Positions 24,924 to 34,614 of a stretch of DNA of 64,000 nucleotides are shown one piece after another. Numbering within the stretch: the first letter of the stretch is position 1; each line of letters begins with the position of its first letter. The stretch is taken from contig CAVOXA010000006.1 of assembly GCA_963700285.1 (NCBI GenBank), forward strand, positions 1 through 64,000, read 5' to 3'. A program made the position numbers and the translations under genes. The DNA comes from an uncultured Chloroflexia bacterium. GTDB lineage: Bacteria > Chloroflexota > Anaerolineae > JAAYZQ01. The notes beneath the pieces are model-generated. The model had not been told where the DNA came from. It did no database searches and worked only from the letters and a program-made list of their open reading frames with translations.

Positions 24924-25307
24924 CTAGCCAATGCCCGGAAATCGGCTAAAGCCGACGAATCGAGGTGTTACGGTAAGGACCGCTCCCTTGGAGGAGAGCC
25001 GCCGCATACCCTCAATGACGGCCTCGTTTGGCTCACCGTAGATATCGACACGCGTGGTGGTGATGTACTGCATCACATCACGCATGTACGGGTCGGAGAG
25101 TTGCCAATGAGACAGGATTGATTCCGAGTCTCGATGAACCTGGACGCCATGTGCACGCATCTCGTTGTCATCGATGAAAACCTCCGCCATGAGCTGAGGA
25201 CCGTTGGCCTCAAGGAAATCCGTTGACTTTCGAGACGCATCTTTGAACTTTTCGAGGGCACCATTCTCGATCCGAAAGGTCGTGACAAAGACTATGAGGT
25301 CAGACAC
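24924..25307 (-). CDS. Hypothetical protein (ABM/dimeric alpha-beta barrel-like)
   Basis: GTG start with GGGAGG RBS; QVHRDSES...H pattern. Confidence 0.6.
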   Translation of the reverse strand: MSDLIVFVTTFRIENGALEKFKDASRKSTDFLEANGPQLMAEVFIDDNEMRAHGVQVHRDSESILSHWQLSDPYMRDVMQYITTTRVDIYGEPNEAVIEGMRRLSSKGAVLTVTPRFVGFSRFPGIG

Positions 25308-25355
25308 TTCTTCCTCCCTACCTTGCTGTTCTTGGGCTCCTAGCATGATAGATGC

Positions 25356-26582
25356 CTACCTTTTTCCCGCGATGTCTGCCACAATATGGGCCGCGTCGTC
25401 TCCAACACCGGAAAAGACGCCGGACTGGGCAGTGTACAGCCAGGGCAAGCCAACGAAGTACAGCCCCGGAAAGCCGGTGACGCCGCGCTTTTGAATCGGA
25501 TACCCGTCAGCGCCAAGGACCGGCAACTGGACCAGGCCAAAGTCGAACGTGTAGCCCGTAGCCCAGATCACGCTGGTAATGCCGGCGGACTGGACATCAA
25601 GTTCTGTAATCGCCTCGGCATCGTACCCGTCTCGTAGTTCAGGCAGCGTTTCTTGGGGCGCGTCAAGCCCCGTCTTCTCAATGTAGTCATCAATCTTCTT
25701 GAGCAAGTCGGCCTGAAACTTGTCCGACTTGGCCAGGCTTTCCTTCAGGTCGGGGGCCAACATGATCTTGCCCTCCTGGGCGCCCTGAATGCGGCCCAAC
25801 AGCACCACGCCATCCCGTGCGAATTGGTGCGGGTTGAGGGTGCGGCCGCCGTCCTTGCCTGACACAAGGGGGTTCGAGGCGAATCTATCTCTCGGGGAGG
25901 GAAGCTTATCCACCGTTACACTAGTGAGCCCGGCCCTGTCCATCCACCAGACGATGTCGTGGCCCCGGTAGCGACGTGGTCCCCGTCCGGCGCCGCTCAT
26001 GCAGAGGTATACCTGGCGCCCACTCTGATAGAGCTCTTCGGCAATCTGGCCTCCCGATTGGGCTGAGCCGACGACGAGCACTGCGCCGGCCAGCAGCGCC
26101 TCAGGATTGCGATACTCGCTGGAGTGGAGTTGCTGGATCTCCACTGGCAGGTTGGCGCTGAGGGCTGGAATCCTGGGTTTCTGGAAAAGGCCTGTGGCGA
26201 TCACCACGTTGGATGTCTTGATTACCGCCTCATTGGTGTGCACCAGGTAGCCAGCCCCGTTCTTTTCTACCGAGCTCACCCGGACACCGTATCGGATTGG
26301 CAAGCTGAAGCGTTCTATATAGTCTTCCAAGTAGGCGACGACATCTTCCCGGGGCATGAATCCATCTGGATCGTCCCCTTGGTACTCGGCGCCCGGCATC
26401 CGAACCGTCCAGTTCGGGGTAACCAGGGTGAACGAGTCCCAGCGGTGATTACGCCATGCCTCTGCAGGCTGCGACGCCTGTTCAAGGATCGTGTGTGCTC
26501 GACCCTGCTGACTCAAATGGTAGCTGACAGCCAACCCCGCTTGCCCGCCACCGACGATAACAGTTTCCACATGTTCAGACAT
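25356..26582 (-). CDS. Flavin-containing monooxygenase / TrkA-CzcO-like oxidoreductase
   Basis: GGGQAG, RWDSFTLVTP, QLHSSEYRNP, VVGSAQSGGQIAEEL, IWATGY. Confidence 0.9.
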   Translation of the reverse strand: MSEHVETVIVGGGQAGLAVSYHLSQQGRAHTILEQASQPAEAWRNHRWDSFTLVTPNWTVRMPGAEYQGDDPDGFMPREDVVAYLEDYIERFSLPIRYGVRVSSVEKNGAGYLVHTNEAVIKTSNVVIATGLFQKPRIPALSANLPVEIQQLHSSEYRNPEALLAGAVLVVGSAQSGGQIAEELYQSGRQVYLCMSGAGRGPRRYRGHDIVWWMDRAGLTSVTVDKLPSPRDRFASNPLVSGKDGGRTLNPHQFARDGVVLLGRIQGAQEGKIMLAPDLKESLAKSDKFQADLLKKIDDYIEKTGLDAPQETLPELRDGYDAEAITELDVQSAGITSVIWATGYTFDFGLVQLPVLGADGYPIQKRGVTGFPGLYFVGLPWLYTAQSGVFSGVGDDAAHIVADIAGKR

Positions 26583-26632
26583 TGGTTATTCCTCCAAATA
26601 CACAGTTGGGCTTTCTAAAACTACCCGTGCTG

Positions 26633-26853
26633 CTAGCTGCTGACCTTGAGATACAGGATGAACATCAGTACCGAGCCGAAAACGACAAGGTAGATGAAGA
26701 CGGCCCATGGCGTACCTGCTCCCGGCGCCCCAGAAGGCAGGGAGTTCAAGGTTGCTGAACCGTATGGTGACGGCATTGGTGCCCCCAACCAACACCAGTG
26801 CGGCGAACGCAAGTAGAGTGGCGCGCTCGGACAGGGCGAACACCATGGCATTC
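26633..26853 (-). pseudogene. EamA/DMT transporter remnant
   Basis: N-terminal GGTNAVTIRFSNLELPAFWGAG joined out of frame to C-terminal YLVVFGSVLMF. Confidence 0.6.
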
Positions 26854-27059
26854 CAAGAAGAGCCAATGCAACTCATCACAGCCTGGACGCCAGGTTCGCC
26901 TGGCGCGAGGCAGTCCGACGCTCTCGGCCCACATATTCTGAGGCCTGTACAGAACGGGAAGAGCATAGCCTTGACGGAGCTGTCTTGTGAGGAAACCTGG
27001 CCTTAGTGCCTTGTATCTTGGTGACAGAACTGGATCGATGCGGTTGAGCTCACCAATAC

Positions 27060-27088
27060 ATCATACACCGGAAAGGATGATTTGTCAA
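27060..27088 (-). promoter_or_regulatory. Pc-like promoter divergent from the intI remnant
   Basis: TTGACA-17 bp-TATGAT; downstream leader homologous to that of the 16718-16746 promoter. Confidence 0.7.
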
Positions 27089-27173
27089 GTTAAGATTACG
27101 TCAATAATATAAATTGTGTCGTGGAGGAACCACGCCCACCATGCCTATCTCGAGCAGAGCCCAGGAGGGCCTG

Positions 27174-27379
27174 GTGAAGTGAAGCCATCCACCTCCCGAA
27201 CTGTCGCTGGACAGTGCAAACACCGCTCTATCGGCGCCGAGGAAGCCGACAACAACTGCTTCAAACGCTACATCTACTTCCACGATAGCCGCCACCCGGC
27301 CGAGATGGGCACCCCGGAACTCCAGGCCTTTCTCAACCACCTGGCCATGGAGGGCAACGTTGCCGCCTCCACCCAGAAC
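27174..27379 (+). pseudogene. intI: Integron integrase N-terminal (SAM-like) domain remnant
   Basis: KHRSIGAEEA...KRYIYFHDSRHPAEMGTPELQAFLNHLAMEGNVAASTQN; catalytic domain absent. Confidence 0.85.
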
Positions 27380-27600
27380 CCCTGTGCATAATCCGGGCCA
27401 TGCCGACCATCGATTCCGACGGATGCCGTCCACCTGTTCTGGACCATACCATCCATTCGTACCGATGGCATGACGTCCAGTTTTTCCGGGGCACCGCAAC
27501 TGGTGGTCGCCTCGGTTCGGAATCCGTGGACGACATACTCCGGAATCTGAATGGATGAACTGATCCCATAGGAAGCGGCGCTGACTAACCTTACTCAGTT

Positions 27601-28080
27601 GTGGCATTCTCTGCCTCGGAAATACAAAGGGAGATCGGTCAGGCAATGGGAGACACGGACCAGAAGGTGCTGGCTCGTTCCTACCTTGCCATGGTGCATA
27701 TGGGCCAGCACCAGCTCGGACAGGCCCGCGACCTGCTGTCTGAGGCGCAGGCTGTCGCAAGGGATTGGCCTTTCCCGCCCACCGAGGCAGCAGTGCTCTG
27801 GGCGGAAGCAAGGCTAGCGGCAGTCGAAGAGCGTTGGACAGAAGCCTTGGGTGCGTTCGAGCCGCTGGTTGATACCTATGCCCAGTTTGGCATGCAATGG
27901 GATCGGGCCCGCACTCTGGTCGATCGGACCGGGGCATACGCAACTCGTGGGGAAGCAGCCGATTTCGGCCAGGCACGATCCTTGCTGCAGGAGTCACATG
28001 CCATGTTTCAAGAAATGGGCATCCCGCGTTATGCCGAGTTGGTACAGAAGAGATTGGGCACCTTGCCCGGCCAGACTTGA
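27601..28080 (+). pseudogene. TPR-repeat C-terminal fragment of a large STAND/cyclase-type protein
   Basis: Helical repeats ending ARSLLQESHAMFQEMGIPRYAELVQKRL; no clear start. Confidence 0.55.
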
Positions 28081-28125
28081 TTTCCTGCTGGGGCTGCAGG
28101 TCACGAAAGCAGAACCAGGCACCGG

Positions 28126-28425
28126 ACGGGCCGTCAGCAGCAAGCCCATCTGCAGCGGTTTGTCCATGGCGTACACCACTTGGAGAAGATGCTCTACGAC
28201 AAAGCCCAACTGGCCCGCGTTTACCTCCATGCCTGGCAGGTCGCCGGCAACGATTTCCTTCGAACCGTCACTGAAGTGATCCTCGATTACATTCTGCGGG
28301 AAATGCTCGATCCGGCGGGAGGATTCTATTCTACGCATCACGCCGACAGCGAGGGCGAGGAGGTCAAGTCTTTCGTCTGGACGCCCGACGAGATCCGCGC
28401 GGTCCTAGGCAATGAGGCAGACGCA
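28126..28425 (+). pseudogene. yyaL: Degenerate junction J7 plus yyaL fragment 7
   Basis: ACGGGCCGTCAGCAGCAA motif followed by [20 protein letters not shown]...GGFYSTHHADSEGEE...[10 protein letters not shown]. Confidence 0.85.
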
Positions 28426-28455
28426 TTGTCACGCCGTGATACACTGACTCACAGA

Positions 28456-29685
28456 TCAACTTGCCAGCACATCTGCGAGCGCCGGGAAAGCGGCCATCAT
28501 AGCGTAGAACTCGTTTCCTGCCGGTGTTGGCGTGGGATACGAGCTAGATTTGGCGATGACGAGCTCGGCTGCAGGGGCGATGTAGAGCATTTGCCCGCCA
28601 TAACCCAGACTGTGGTAAGCACCGTGTTTGTTGTGCGTCATCCACCACTGGTGATGGTAGGAATACCCCTGATTCATTGGACTGGCTGCCGGCCCGCGCG
28701 CAAAGGCCTCCCGATCCCCGCCCCGTTCAATATCAACGACGACTGCGGCTGGGACAATCTGTTGCCCATTGAAGGAACCTTGCTGCAACAGCATCTGTCC
28801 AAACCGGGCCTTGTCGCGCAAGGTACTGAGCAGACCGGAGCCGGACGTTTCGGCGGACGCCGGATCCACGATCCAAAAGGCATCCCGCTCAGCACCCAAT
28901 TTCGACCAGATGCGCTGGTGCATGATCTCGGCCAGCGACTGGTTCAGCAGGCGCTTCATGATCCATGCAAGCACGTCTGTATTCGGCGTGAGGTAGGCAA
29001 AACGCACGCCGTGCTCCCCCACTTTTTTCATGGTCGGCAGGAATTCGTACACGGATGCCGGACCCGAATAGCCTGCAGGCCTTTCTCTCCAGCCTAGCGC
29101 CATGGCATAGGTCAGATTCTCTGATACCGGGTCCACATCGTCATCGCCAAACCAGACCGCGGTAGTCATATCCATCACCTGGCGGATGGTCGCATCGGCA
29201 AAACCGCTGTCCTTCAGCTCGGGCAGATAGCGAACCACAAGGGCATCGAGCTCCAATACCTCTTCGTGTGCCAACATCGCGGCAAGCACGCCGGTCACCG
29301 ACTTGCTACCTGAGGCCCACGCATGTAGAGAGTGTGCCTGCATGCCATTGAGGTAGGCTTCGTAGATGACCTTGCCCCGATGCAGTACGACGATGCCGTC
29401 GCCATAGCTCATCTCGACCATGTCACGGAAGGTGAACTGCGTGCCTGTCCGGTTATGATAGGTGATCTGCTCGATGTCGAAAGGGGCGTAGTCGAGCTCC
29501 ACGACCGGCCCACTTCCGCGCCATACATCGGCGGTCCGGTTCAACTGGAGTTCGTGTTGAAAGCTCCAGCGATTATACGGGCCATAGAGCTGTCTCTCGT
29601 GGGTGACAAGCCGATCCGGCATTAGCGGGAAACCGCTCATCAATCCCAGATCGCGAGCAGTCTCCGGTGTATGTTGATCAATCAT
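28456..29685 (-). CDS. Serine hydrolase, beta-lactamase class C / NylB-like
   Basis: SGSK (SxxK), FAYLTPNTDVL, RIWSKLGAE, GYGGQMLYI. Confidence 0.88.
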   Translation of the reverse strand: MIDQHTPETARDLGLMSGFPLMPDRLVTHERQLYGPYNRWSFQHELQLNRTADVWRGSGPVVELDYAPFDIEQITYHNRTGTQFTFRDMVEMSYGDGIVVLHRGKVIYEAYLNGMQAHSLHAWASGSKSVTGVLAAMLAHEEVLELDALVVRYLPELKDSGFADATIRQVMDMTTAVWFGDDDVDPVSENLTYAMALGWRERPAGYSGPASVYEFLPTMKKVGEHGVRFAYLTPNTDVLAWIMKRLLNQSLAEIMHQRIWSKLGAERDAFWIVDPASAETSGSGLLSTLRDKARFGQMLLQQGSFNGQQIVPAAVVVDIERGGDREAFARGPAASPMNQGYSYHHQWWMTHNKHGAYHSLGYGGQMLYIAPAAELVIAKSSSYPTPTPAGNEFYAMMAAFPALADVLAS

Positions 29686-29754
29686 TGCCTATTCCTCTCT
29701 CCCCTTGATTGGAATCGTGCTGGACCTCTGACCAATCTGTTCCCGGCCAGTGCC

Positions 29755-29940
29755 TCAGTCGCGCCAAATACCATCGGTCCTGGCGTACCGGACCACCTGG
29801 TACACCGCAATATTGCTCGTGACCAGCAGCCCGACCAGGTCCGGCACAGCCTGGATGGGCAGCTCCACTTCGTATCCGTGCGCGAGCGTAAGGAGGCTCT
29901 GGGCATTGGCCTCGCCTACGAAGCCAGATTGGTTGTGCAC
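29755..29940 (-). CDS. Small hypothetical protein
   Basis: 61 aa ORF between co-oriented genes. Confidence 0.4.
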   Translation of the reverse strand: MHNQSGFVGEANAQSLLTLAHGYEVELPIQAVPDLVGLLVTSNIAVYQVVRYARTDGIWRD

Positions 29941-29968
29941 TGCAATCCCTGCCCGGGGTTCGCTGCGA

Positions 29969-30988
29969 CTATCCCGAGGCAGGGCGGAGGACTTGTCCGG
30001 TCCGCTCGTAGTGCTGCAAGAGCGGGATATGGCGTTCTACCATTCCCGCCAACCGCTGCGGCTGGCGCCGCGCCACCCAGTTGATTTTCCAGAGCAGCCG
30101 GCCGATCTGGAAAGGTTCGATAGGGTCGGCGGGCCAGGCCATGTGAGCCTGGTAGCCCCGCCGGAACGCTTCCAGCAGTACGGCGTACCGCGCTTCGCCC
30201 GTATCCTCGAGCAGGTCGAGCATGGCCATGGCGATATCGTGGGCGCGAAAGCCCCATACTGTGTCCTCAAAATCGAGCGGGTGCAGCAGGCCGCGGTAGA
30301 GCTTGATGTTGTCGTGCCACAGGTCGCAGTGGATGACACGCAAGTCAGAGCGGTTGATGGCCGTGTAGGCTGACTCCACATGCAGGTGCATCCGTTTCAA
30401 CAGGTCGCGCGCGTGGGCGGACAGCGCAGCTACAGCCTCGGGTTCCGCTGGCCCTGCGCCTTCAATGATCAGATTCTCCTCTCCTCTCGACAACCAGTGC
30501 TCGAAGCGCCTGGTCGTGAATCCTGCCGGAGGATGCCAGGAACCTCCGTGGTGGTGAAGCGTGGCGAAGAGGGCTCCCATCTTTTCCAGGTTGCGCTCCG
30601 AAAGGTAGTGTCGCAACAGCCGGCCCGGAACCCAGCTCATTAGGAACGCGTTCCAAGTGTCGGGCACTCCGGGCACGCAGATAAGCAGCACGGACTCGCC
30701 CGACTGGGCCGGCACGATGCGGGGTACGGAGAGGGACGTCTCGCGCCCAAGTGCCTCGAGCCATGACGCCTCTGCCTGGAGGTCCTCCAAGGTACGCCAG
30801 CCAGGAATTGCCAAACGCAGCATGAATCTTTCGCCTGAAGCCGTGGTTACGCGGTACAGGAGATTGGTCTCAAAGCCATGAATCGCAAGCTTTGGGCTGT
30901 CGAGATCGTATTGGGCCAGGGCAGCAATGGCCAGATTGCGCAGCCGGCGCAGTTTTCCCGCATTGGTTAGGTCGCTGTACGGCTTCAT
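29969..30988 (-). CDS. APH-family phosphotransferase (homoserine kinase type II-like)
   Basis: VIHCDLWHDN, LDFED, HDIAMAM. Confidence 0.85.
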   Translation of the reverse strand: MKPYSDLTNAGKLRRLRNLAIAALAQYDLDSPKLAIHGFETNLLYRVTTASGERFMLRLAIPGWRTLEDLQAEASWLEALGRETSLSVPRIVPAQSGESVLLICVPGVPDTWNAFLMSWVPGRLLRHYLSERNLEKMGALFATLHHHGGSWHPPAGFTTRRFEHWLSRGEENLIIEGAGPAEPEAVAALSAHARDLLKRMHLHVESAYTAINRSDLRVIHCDLWHDNIKLYRGLLHPLDFEDTVWGFRAHDIAMAMLDLLEDTGEARYAVLLEAFRRGYQAHMAWPADPIEPFQIGRLLWKINWVARRQPQRLAGMVERHIPLLQHYERTGQVLRPASG

Positions 30989-31184
30989 TTCATGGGCCCT
31001 GCATGTCTTTCGCGGCAAGCTTTCGACGCAACAGCCATCATGCAACGAAAAACTCTATCTGTCAAACGGGAAGAGGTGCCCATCAGCCACCGGTCCTGCT
31101 GTTGTTATGGTCTAGGACAGTCGAGCTCATGTCCGCCTGCACGCCGGCGACTCGCTGGCGGTCACCGCCCTTGCCGCGCACCAA

Positions 31185-31883
31185 CTACCGAAACCCGAGG
31201 CTTGCCCTGTTTTCCCCCTTTCGCACATAGTACAACCAAGGTACCAGTAGGAGGATGCCAACAGCAGCCAGCCCCACGATCATGGCCGGCGTGATGCTGA
31301 GGCCGTAGGCGCCGGCCAGGGTCAGCAGGACGATCATCGGCATCCGGCCGAAAAAGTTGGCCACGAAGAAGCGGCGGCCTTCAATCTCACTCAACCCTGC
31401 CACGTAGATCAGGATGTCGCTGGGAACCGGCGGAATCACAAAGGCCAGCAGGAAGAAGATGGTACCTTTTTCCCCAGCGGTCCCCGTCCACTTGTCCAGC
31501 AGATGGGCAGGGACCAAACGCTCGACCAGCGGGCGCCCAGCATAGCGCGCCAGGTAGAAGACGGCCTGGCTCACAGCCACAGAAATCGCCCAACTCATCA
31601 GGAAGCCGGCGGTGAAGCCGTAGGCGTACGCGCTGGCTATCATCGGCGGCTCCGCCGGCAGCGAAGGAATCAAGACTTGCAGACCGATCAGTCCCATCAG
31701 TACCAGCGGTCCAATGGCGCCAAGTGTATCAAGATAGGCGGTGACGGCCTCACGGTGGCGGACAAGATCGATGACCTCCCCTACGGCTTCCTGATTGAGC
31801 CATAGTAGGATGGCCAGGGGCAGGACGATGGCCGTTGCGGTCACGACCCACTTGACGGATTTGCCGGGAGTCTCTTCGTTCAT
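31185..31883 (-). CDS. TVP38/TMEM64 (VTT/DedA) membrane protein
   Basis: LQVLIPSLPAEP, FYLARYAGRPLV, IPPVPSDILIYVAGLS. Confidence 0.85.
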   Translation of the reverse strand: MNEETPGKSVKWVVTATAIVLPLAILLWLNQEAVGEVIDLVRHREAVTAYLDTLGAIGPLVLMGLIGLQVLIPSLPAEPPMIASAYAYGFTAGFLMSWAISVAVSQAVFYLARYAGRPLVERLVPAHLLDKWTGTAGEKGTIFFLLAFVIPPVPSDILIYVAGLSEIEGRRFFVANFFGRMPMIVLLTLAGAYGLSITPAMIVGLAAVGILLLVPWLYYVRKGENRASLGFR

Positions 31884-32765
31884 GGCAGAGTCTTGCCGGA
31901 CGGTGGTGCGCCAGCGACGCTACGGGCCCAGGTCGGGCCGGACAGGGCGCTTGCCGCAGCCATCTGCGTCGACCCAATGCGGCGACCGCTCTCCTGAGCC
32001 AGGGCCTGGACATGATGCATGATCCGGCCTGCAACAGCGCGCACCTGTTCGTGATCCTCGACATCGCCGGCAAAGTGCAGGGGCAGGCCCACGGTGATGG
32101 CATAGGGGCCAGTGGTGTAAAAGTAGGCAATCGCCTTGTCGCCGCCCAATTCCACTCCGGTTAAGCGGATGCGATCGCGCCGCAGGCCAATGCCGATGGG
32201 GATCACGGGCGCGCCGGTACGCAGGGCTACCCGGCCCACGCCGCTGTGGGGCGGGTGCAAGCCGCCGGCCAGCGGGCTGAGGGCACCCTCGGGAAAGATG
32301 GCCACGCTGCGCCCGGCCTCCACCCGGCGGACCAGGGTATCGACCGTCGCGCCACTGCTGCCCCGGACAGCGGGCAGGTGCCCTGCCGCACGCAGGTAGC
32401 TGCCTACCACGGGAACGTCAAAGAGGTCAGCCGTAATCAAAAAGCTCACCGGCTCTGACAGCAGGGTGAGGAGGTAGAGCGGGTCGGTGGTCGTGGGGTG
32501 GTTGGCTGCCAGGATCTTGGGACCCTCTGGCATGGGCGCGTGCCACCGCATGTCCAGGTCGAGCATGAGGCGGGTGCAAGCGGACATGAGCGAGCGCCCC
32601 ATTGTATATAGAGCTTTTCCTGAGCGGACCCTTTTCCCGACGGAGGCTTTCTCCCATGGCGCCAGGCTTGTGGCCTGTGGGATGGAGGGCCGTGAGTTAG
32701 GTTGGCCATTTTTCGTTGGTTCGTTTGCTGGCAGTTCACCAGCGATGAGCTCCGCAGAGAACATG
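31880..32765 (-). CDS. PlsC-like lysophospholipid acyltransferase
   Basis: ANHPTTTD (HxxxxD), IFPEG, PVIPIG; start uncertain. Confidence 0.85.
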
Positions 32766-32826
32766 GTGGCATCCTTTCTTTCAGGTAGGGTTGGCGGAAG
32801 GATACCGGACAACGGGGTGTAGTGTC

Positions 32827-32859
32827 ATGTACCCAGAGGTACATTGGGGGGTACATTGG
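32827..32859 (-). promoter_or_regulatory. Putative LuxR/MalT-like operator upstream of the acyltransferase operon
   Basis: GGTACATTGG direct repeat at 32838 and 32850 plus inverted ATGTACC at 32827. Confidence 0.55.
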
Positions 32860-32951
32860 TAGCCGGGAGTCTGCACGCTTGACACCCCGGTAGCTCTGCG
32901 CTAAGATCGGGTATCGATATGGGGGCCAGGTGCAAAGGTTGAGATGATCCG

Positions 32952-33656
32952 ATGAGGATTGCCTTCTTTGGTGACAGCCTGACGTCAGGGGTGCCGGGTA
33001 GCTCCTACGTTGCCATCTTGCGCAAGCGATTTCCCGAGGATACGCTGCTCAACTATGGCAAGGGCAATGACACAGTCGTCAGCCTGCATCGCAGAGTCTC
33101 GGCCATGCGGTTTGACAAACCCCTGGACATGATCTTCCTGTGGATCGGGGTGAACGATGTGCCCCAGACAGACCGTTGGCTGTATCGTGCCTTCCACACG
33201 CTGCTGATGCAGCCCCGGGCCAGGGACAGAGACGAGTTCGAGGCCAGTTTCCGGGCCACTCTGACTGTTTTGTGCGCCAAAGCCGGGCGCGTGATCGTAG
33301 CACCGCCTGCCCTCAAAGGAGAGGATCTGGACAACCCCTGTAATCAGCGGCTGCGGGACCTGGCGGGCTTGATCAAAGAGATCACAGCCGAATGCGCAAA
33401 GGCCGAATTCCTGGATCTTCAGGCGGTCTTTGCCCGGGAGCTGCCGACGAGGCCTGGTTGGGAGCGCGTTTCCAGGAATCCCATACGTGTCCCGCTGGAT
33501 GTCTTGACCCTCCGGACTGACAGGCTGGTCGACGCCGCAGCAGCCGGGCGAGGGCTACGCCTGACCCTGGACGGCGTTCATCTGAACAGCGCCGGCGCCA
33601 GTCTCGTGGCCGAAGAGCTTGCGACGGTGATTGACAGGTGGCGCGCTGGCTGCTGA
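32952..33656 (+). CDS. SGNH/GDSL hydrolase
   Basis: FFGDSLT, GKGNDT, IGVND, DGVHLN. Confidence 0.9.
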   Translation: MRIAFFGDSLTSGVPGSSYVAILRKRFPEDTLLNYGKGNDTVVSLHRRVSAMRFDKPLDMIFLWIGVNDVPQTDRWLYRAFHTLLMQPRARDRDEFEASFRATLTVLCAKAGRVIVAPPALKGEDLDNPCNQRLRDLAGLIKEITAECAKAEFLDLQAVFARELPTRPGWERVSRNPIRVPLDVLTLRTDRLVDAAAAGRGLRLTLDGVHLNSAGASLVAEELATVIDRWRAGC

Positions 33657-33870
33657 CCAGCGTGACACCGGCGCGTTTGGCTGCGCTGTGCTTTCCCCTG
33701 TGCGCCAGGGTCTCTGGAGCGCAACCCCAGGTCGAGTATCGACAAATGTATCTTTTGGCACATGACAGTTTCCAGAACTTGTGCGATAATGGGCCGGCGT
33801 GCAGTTGACCGGTGTGCAACCCAGATTGGATGTCGCGCCCTGGGTACAAACTCTGTCCGGAGACAGGTCG

Positions 33871-34587
33871 ATGGCGAACAACCATGAAACAGAAAGCGGC
33901 CCCGGATTCGACAAGCCGCCTTTTCTCTACGAGATCCGGGTCAAGGGGCGCCTGTATGGCGAGCAGTGGGCGGCATGGTTCGACGATCTGGCACTCTCTG
34001 CTTCCGAAGGCGAGTCCACACTTCGAGGGAGGGCAGTCGACCATGCCGCGCTGTACGGCTTGCTCGCCAGGCTTCAGGATCTGGCCATACCGCTGATCGC
34101 TGTCCAGGTCCTCGATGCTGACACCCAGCTCGAACTGGCCCGCCAGAGCAGGCGGTACGACCTGGCCATCAACATCCTTTTGGGGCTGATCTATCTGACC
34201 CTGCTGGGCGGCTTGATCGCGGCCACCGTCTTTGTGGCGCCGATCATCAACCCGTCCCTTGCCCTGGCCCTGCTCATGGCCCTGATCGGCGGCCTGGCCC
34301 ATGCTTTCTGGCTCTGGAGCGATCAGCCAGCCTGGCGCTGGATCAGCTTTGTAGCCTGGCCTGCTGCAGCCATCAGCTTCTTGGTCTTTATCCCCGTGTC
34401 GGGCTTGTTGCCAACCGCGCTGGCTCTGGCCGTCACCTGCTTCTTTGCCGCAGGCGGCCTGGTATACGCCCTGTATCTGCTGCGGCGCCGTGCGCAGGGC
34501 ACCAAAGACCGTCTCGCCGGAGGCGAACTCCTCTTCGCGGCTGGGGAAGAGGAGACAACAGAGCGCGACGGTCCTTCCGCGGATTGA
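33871..34587 (+). CDS. ACT-like MalT-partner domain fused to a multi-TM domain
   Basis: YEIRVKGRL...WAAWFDDL...DHAALYGLLARLQDLAIPLIAV (homologous to 7404-7613) followed by 4-5 TM helices. Confidence 0.75.
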   Translation: MANNHETESGPGFDKPPFLYEIRVKGRLYGEQWAAWFDDLALSASEGESTLRGRAVDHAALYGLLARLQDLAIPLIAVQVLDADTQLELARQSRRYDLAINILLGLIYLTLLGGLIAATVFVAPIINPSLALALLMALIGGLAHAFWLWSDQPAWRWISFVAWPAAAISFLVFIPVSGLLPTALALAVTCFFAAGGLVYALYLLRRRAQGTKDRLAGGELLFAAGEEETTERDGPSAD

Positions 34588-34614
34588 GACTGGGGTTTCC
34601 GGTTTGCTAGCGCA

